From Mariprofundus sp. KV (GTDB lineage: Bacteria > Pseudomonadota > Zetaproteobacteria > Mariprofundales > Mariprofundaceae): a stretch of 32,000 nucleotides of DNA. The position numbers and the translations under genes are program-made. The stretch's first letter is position 1; each line of letters begins with the position of its first letter. This document shows positions 28,559 through 32,000 of this stretch, piece by piece. The notes beneath the pieces were generated by a model. It was not told the origin of the DNA. It ran no database searches and worked only from the letters and a program-made list of their open reading frames with translations. The stretch lies in assembly GCF_013387475.1 (NCBI RefSeq), contig NZ_VWNB01000001.1:58559-90558 (forward strand), given 5' to 3'.

Positions 28559-28676
28559 CCGCTTTCATCACTAAAAAAACAGACTCGACACATTCCGCTC
28601 CAGCTACAGTAATCATGCAGCCGGAAATTCTATTTTTAACGCGCTTGCTATTATTAACTGGCAGGTAGCCGGCAGA

Positions 28677-30080
28677 TCAATCCAGCGCCTGAACAATCGC
28701 CTCACACGCCTTTTTGGCATCGGCAAACAGCATCATAGTCTGATCCATATAGAACAGATCATTATCCAGTCCTGCATAGCCGGCAGCCAGCGAACGTTTG
28801 ACCACAATCACATGTTTGGCTTTAGAGGCCTCCAGAATCGGCATACCGTAGATCGGACTGGCCGGATCAGTTTTGGCTGCAGGGTTAACCACATCATTGG
28901 CACCGATCACCAGAGCAACATCAGTATCTGCAAATTCAGAGTTAATCTCATCCATCTCAAAAACAATATCATACGGCACATCGGCTTCAGCCAGCAGCAC
29001 ATTCATATGACCCGGCATACGTCCTGCCACGGGGTGAATGGCGAATTTCACATCCACACCCTGCTTGAGCAGCACATCCACCATCTCTTTCAGAGCATGC
29101 TGAGCACGTGCAACCGCCAGCCCGTAACCCGGAATAATCACCACAGAGCGGGCATTGCCGATCATAAATGCCGCATCTTCAGCCGCACCACTCTTCACCG
29201 GACGCTCGACAACCTCACCGCCTGCAGCCGATGCCGCTGCAGCGTCGCCACCAAACCCACCCAGCAACACATTAAACAGCGAGCGATTCATCGCCTTGCA
29301 CATAATATAAGATAGAATCGCACCGGAAGAGCCGACCAGCGCACCGGCAATGATCAGCATATTGTTACCCAGTGTAAATCCGATACCTGCCGCAGCCCAG
29401 CCTGAGTATGAGTTGAGCATCGAAACAATCACCGGCATATCGGCGCCACCAATGGGCACAATCAGCAACACGCCCAACACCAGTGCAACAGCCAGCATAA
29501 TCAGAAATGGCAGCCATGCGCCACTGACGCAGAACATAATGCCCGAACCAATCATCACCACACCCAACACCAGATTGAGCAGATGCTGGCCGGAGAACTG
29601 CAATGGCCGACCAGAAAGAAGCCCCTGCAATTTACCAAAAGCGATCAGTGATGCGGTAAAAGTAATGGCACCGATAAAGGTGCCGAGAAACAGCTCAACA
29701 CGACTGGCCAGATAGAGGCCGCCCTGTGCATTGGCAATACCATAAGCCACCGGGTCATAACAGGCCGATACAGCAATCAATACCGCCGCCAGACCGACCA
29801 GCGAATGCATGAAAGCCACGGTCTGAGGCATATGGGTCATTGGCACCTTGCGTGCCACCACGCCACCAATCAGACCGCCGATGGCGATAGCCGCAACAAT
29901 CCAGGCGTAGTTCTGTACGGCATCAAGCTGCAGCGTCACCAGCGCAGCAATGCCCATGCCGAGCATGCCGAAGGCATTACCACGACGGGCAGAGGCCGGA
30001 CTGGCCAGCCCCTTAAGGGCAAAAATAATCAGTACGGATGCGACGAGGTACGCCAGCTCCACCATATTGGCTGATAACAT
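28677..30080 (-). CDS. pntB: NAD(P) transhydrogenase subunit beta
   Basis: 467 aa. N-terminal polytopic membrane domain, then the C-terminal NADP(H)-binding dIII with [51 protein letters not shown]. Confidence 0.95.
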   Translation of the reverse strand: MLSANMVELAYLVASVLIIFALKGLASPASARRGNAFGMLGMGIAALVTLQLDAVQNYAWIVAAIAIGGLIGGVVARKVPMTHMPQTVAFMHSLVGLAAVLIAVSACYDPVAYGIANAQGGLYLASRVELFLGTFIGAITFTASLIAFGKLQGLLSGRPLQFSGQHLLNLVLGVVMIGSGIMFCVSGAWLPFLIMLAVALVLGVLLIVPIGGADMPVIVSMLNSYSGWAAAGIGFTLGNNMLIIAGALVGSSGAILSYIMCKAMNRSLFNVLLGGFGGDAAAASAAGGEVVERPVKSGAAEDAAFMIGNARSVVIIPGYGLAVARAQHALKEMVDVLLKQGVDVKFAIHPVAGRMPGHMNVLLAEADVPYDIVFEMDEINSEFADTDVALVIGANDVVNPAAKTDPASPIYGMPILEASKAKHVIVVKRSLAAGYAGLDNDLFYMDQTMMLFADAKKACEAIVQALD

Positions 30081-30089
30081 GAGTTCCCC

Positions 30090-30422
30090 TTACGTCCGCT
30101 TCTTGAACATCGCCAGCATGCGCTGCGTCACCATAAAACCACCGAAGATATTCACCGAAGCAAGACCTACGGCAATCAGACCGAGCACGGTCGCCAGATT
30201 CATCTCCAACGGGCCAGCCGCCAGCAGTGCACCGACAATAATAATACTGGAGATGGCATTGGTTACACTCATCAGCGGCGTGTGCAGTGCAGGTGTAACA
30301 TTCCAGACCACGTGATATCCGACAATGATCGCCAAAACAAAAACGGTAACGGAGAGGACAATAGGATCAGCCGCCCCATCCTGTGCAGCCTGCGCCGCAT
30401 TCTCCACAGCATCTATATTCAC
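30090..30422 (-). CDS. pntAB: NAD(P) transhydrogenase subunit alpha part 2 (membrane part of alpha)
   Basis: 110-aa, three- to four-helix membrane protein with ..[21 protein letters not shown].. . The GTG start overlaps the pntAA stop (GTGA). Confidence 0.9.
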   Translation of the reverse strand: MNIDAVENAAQAAQDGAADPIVLSVTVFVLAIIVGYHVVWNVTPALHTPLMSVTNAISSIIIVGALLAAGPLEMNLATVLGLIAVGLASVNIFGGFMVTQRMLAMFKKRT

Positions 30423-31555
30423 GCCTTCTCTCCCTTATTCAACAGCTCAGGCTTAAGAAACTCTCCATCGCGGGTAAGCAGCGAGGATGCGATCACCTCA
30501 TCGTCCATATTGATGGACAGCCCGCCACTCTCCCTGTCCAGCATCGGAGTCAGGAAGTTCAGCAGGTTGCGCGCATAGAGGCCACTGGCATCAGTAGCCA
30601 TCAGAGCCGGAATATTGCCAACACCGACCAGCGTCACGCCATGCTTGCTGACAATTTCATCCAGCTCGGAGAGCGGGCAGTTTCCACCCATCTCAACAGC
30701 CAGATCCACAATGACTGAACCCGGCTTCATGCTTTTCACCATCTCTTCTGTGATCAGCACCGGCGCAGGCCTGCCAGGAATCAGCGCCGTGGTGATAATA
30801 ATATCGGCTTTAGCCGCGCGCTCGGCAATCAGATCAGCCTGACGCTGCTTGTAATCATCATCCATCTCTTTGGCATAACCACCGGCATCTTCGGCATCGA
30901 CATCCGAAGCGACCTCAACAAAACGGGCACCCAGACTCTCAACCTGCTCCTTGGCTGCAGCGCGCACATCAAACACCTCAACATTGGCACCCATGCGCCT
31001 TGCCGTGGCAATCGCCTGCAGGCCTGCCACACCTGCCCCCATAATCAGCACCTTGGCAGGCTGTACAGTACCAGCAGCTGTCATCAGCATCGGGAAGAAA
31101 CGCTGATAGTGCTCCATCGCAAGCAGCACCGACTTATAACCGGCAATATTGGCCTGCGAAGAGAGCACATCCATGCTCTGGGCTCGCGAAATACGCGGCA
31201 CCATCTCCATGCAGAAACAGGTCAGTCCCGCATCGGCATAGCTTTTAAGCAGTGGATTGGTGAATGGTGAGACAAGGCTGACAACCGCAGCCCCCTTTTT
31301 AAGGGCCGGTATTTCGGCCTCATTGAGCGGACGCACCTTCAAAATCAGGTCGGCACTGCCACAGGTAGCGGCAAAGTCGTCTGCCAGCTCAGCCCCTTTT
31401 TCGAGATAGGCCGCATCAGGATAGTTGGCGGCAAGACCCGCCCCCTTCTCAACCACTACACGACAACCGGCCGCCATAAATTTGGCTACCGTTTCAGGTG
31501 TGGCTGCAACGCGTTTTTCGTGAAGCTGGGTTTCGGCTGGAACCGCGATCAACAT
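30419..31555 (-). CDS. pntAA: NAD(P) transhydrogenase subunit alpha part 1 (soluble dI, alanine-dehydrogenase fold)
   Basis: [23 protein letters not shown] parallels the start of Rhodospirillum-type PntAA (MKIAIPKE...RVA..PE.V). Rossmann motif [22 protein letters not shown]. The alternative upstream ATG at 31627 would add 24 residues and is not excluded. Confidence 0.9.
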   Translation of the reverse strand: MLIAVPAETQLHEKRVAATPETVAKFMAAGCRVVVEKGAGLAANYPDAAYLEKGAELADDFAATCGSADLILKVRPLNEAEIPALKKGAAVVSLVSPFTNPLLKSYADAGLTCFCMEMVPRISRAQSMDVLSSQANIAGYKSVLLAMEHYQRFFPMLMTAAGTVQPAKVLIMGAGVAGLQAIATARRMGANVEVFDVRAAAKEQVESLGARFVEVASDVDAEDAGGYAKEMDDDYKQRQADLIAERAAKADIIITTALIPGRPAPVLITEEMVKSMKPGSVIVDLAVEMGGNCPLSELDEIVSKHGVTLVGVGNIPALMATDASGLYARNLLNFLTPMLDRESGGLSINMDDEVIASSLLTRDGEFLKPELLNKGEKA

Positions 31556-31647
31556 CTGTTCATTTTCCCCTGTGAGCAAGTTGTCTGAACTGTGATCATC
31601 ATGATGACAACTCAATGGAAGTGGCATTGTAAAAGCACCGCCCCGTA

Positions 31648-32000
31648 TTACAAGCGCAATTCGACTAAGGTTACTGCCCCTGCACCATCTCCGGGAAGCT
31701 CCAGCGCAACGAGTTCGGCCGCCGGCACATAGGCGTGAGCATACCGGTAGAGCTCATCATCAAGCACCTGCCCGTCATACATCAACACATCAAGATCCAG
31801 CGTGCGCGGCCTCCACGACCCTTCAGAGCGATCACGCCCCTGTGCATCCTCAAGCGCCTTCAGCCGGGCCTTGAGTTGCGATGCAGGCAGCTCAGATTCA
31901 ACCCTGCAGCAGGCGTTAAGAAAGTCCGCCCCCTCCATGCCTACCGCTGGCGAATGGTAGACCGCAGAGAAACATACCTCCTCAAAATCCCTGCGCAGCG
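31648..32000 (-). CDS. folK: HPPK-like protein (2-amino-4-hydroxy-6-hydroxymethyldihydropterin pyrophosphokinase), 5'-truncated by the window edge
   Basis: The frame stays open to nt 32000 (..SAVYHSPAVGMEGADFLNACCRVE..). W.PRTLDLDVL matches the HPPK RWGPRTLDLDI motif. The region corresponding to E. coli TVPHYDMKNRGF looks shorter. Confidence 0.6.
   Translation of the reverse strand, partial: LRRDFEEVCFSAVYHSPAVGMEGADFLNACCRVESELPASQLKARLKALEDAQGRDRSEGSWRPRTLDLDVLMYDGQVLDDELYRYAHAYVPAAELVALELPGDGAGAVTLVELRL

Noticed and set aside
31556-31627. A 24-residue His/Asp-rich N-terminal extension of PntAA (MPLPLSCHHDDHSSDNLLTGENEQ).
   Set aside because: Homologous PntAA/dI proteins begin at the M(K/L)IA(I/V)P motif, which is the ATG at 31555. 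Both candidate starts have similarly weak GGGG-type SDs, so the extension cannot be strictly excluded, but homology favours the shorter form.
1-32000. A search for a mobile element, defence island, CRISPR array, toxin-antitoxin pair, prophage remnant, or tRNA/rRNA gene.
   Set aside because: I saw no direct-repeat arrays, no transposase, integrase or recombinase motifs in any ORF, no terminal inverted repeats flanking a gene block, and no tRNA-like cloverleaf candidates. Apart from the 96-aa orphan, every ORF with coding support has a housekeeping assignment. By-eye scanning cannot exclude short or degenerate elements.

Overview
The window is mostly core housekeeping DNA from a proteobacterium-like genome. 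I found no convincing novel multi-gene system, and I say so rather than force one.

From about 9.87 to 28.46 kb, all on the minus strand, lies one contiguous str-S10-spc-alpha translation cluster of 34 genes. The order is rpsL-rpsG-fusA-tuf-rpsJ-rplC-rplD-rplW-rplB-rpsS-rplV-rpsC-rplP-rpmC-rpsQ-rplN-rplX-rplE-rpsN-rpsH-rplF-rplR-rpsE-rpmD-rplO-secY-adk-infA-rpmJ-rpsM-rpsK-rpsD-rpoA-rplQ. It includes a 37-codon rpmJ that is too short for the supplied ORF track and was found by hand.

The left 9.7 kb holds unrelated housekeeping genes: partial anmK, a YdjM/DUF457-like membrane hydrolase, ppa, truC, a 96-aa orphan, a YceI-like protein, an MscS-family channel, rnhA, a lipoprotein alpha/beta hydrolase, yciB and an orphan PAS sensor histidine kinase. 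The right 3.5 kb holds a three-gene proton-translocating transhydrogenase (pntAA-pntAB-pntB) and a 5'-truncated folK-like gene.

I found no tRNA, rRNA, CRISPR array, IS element, integrase or defence-type gene.

The leads worth a second look are mostly non-coding or small. They are:
- a candidate ~95-nt sRNA between the kinase and rplQ;
- three unusually long, hairpin-rich spacers that punctuate an otherwise tightly packed cluster;
- an ambiguous promoter/terminator arrangement upstream of rpsL;
- Cys4 (zinc-ribbon type) versions of S4, S14, L24, L36 and the adenylate kinase lid;
- one orphan small protein upstream of truC.

All structures were folded by eye and all homology calls come from recognised motifs, not from database searches.
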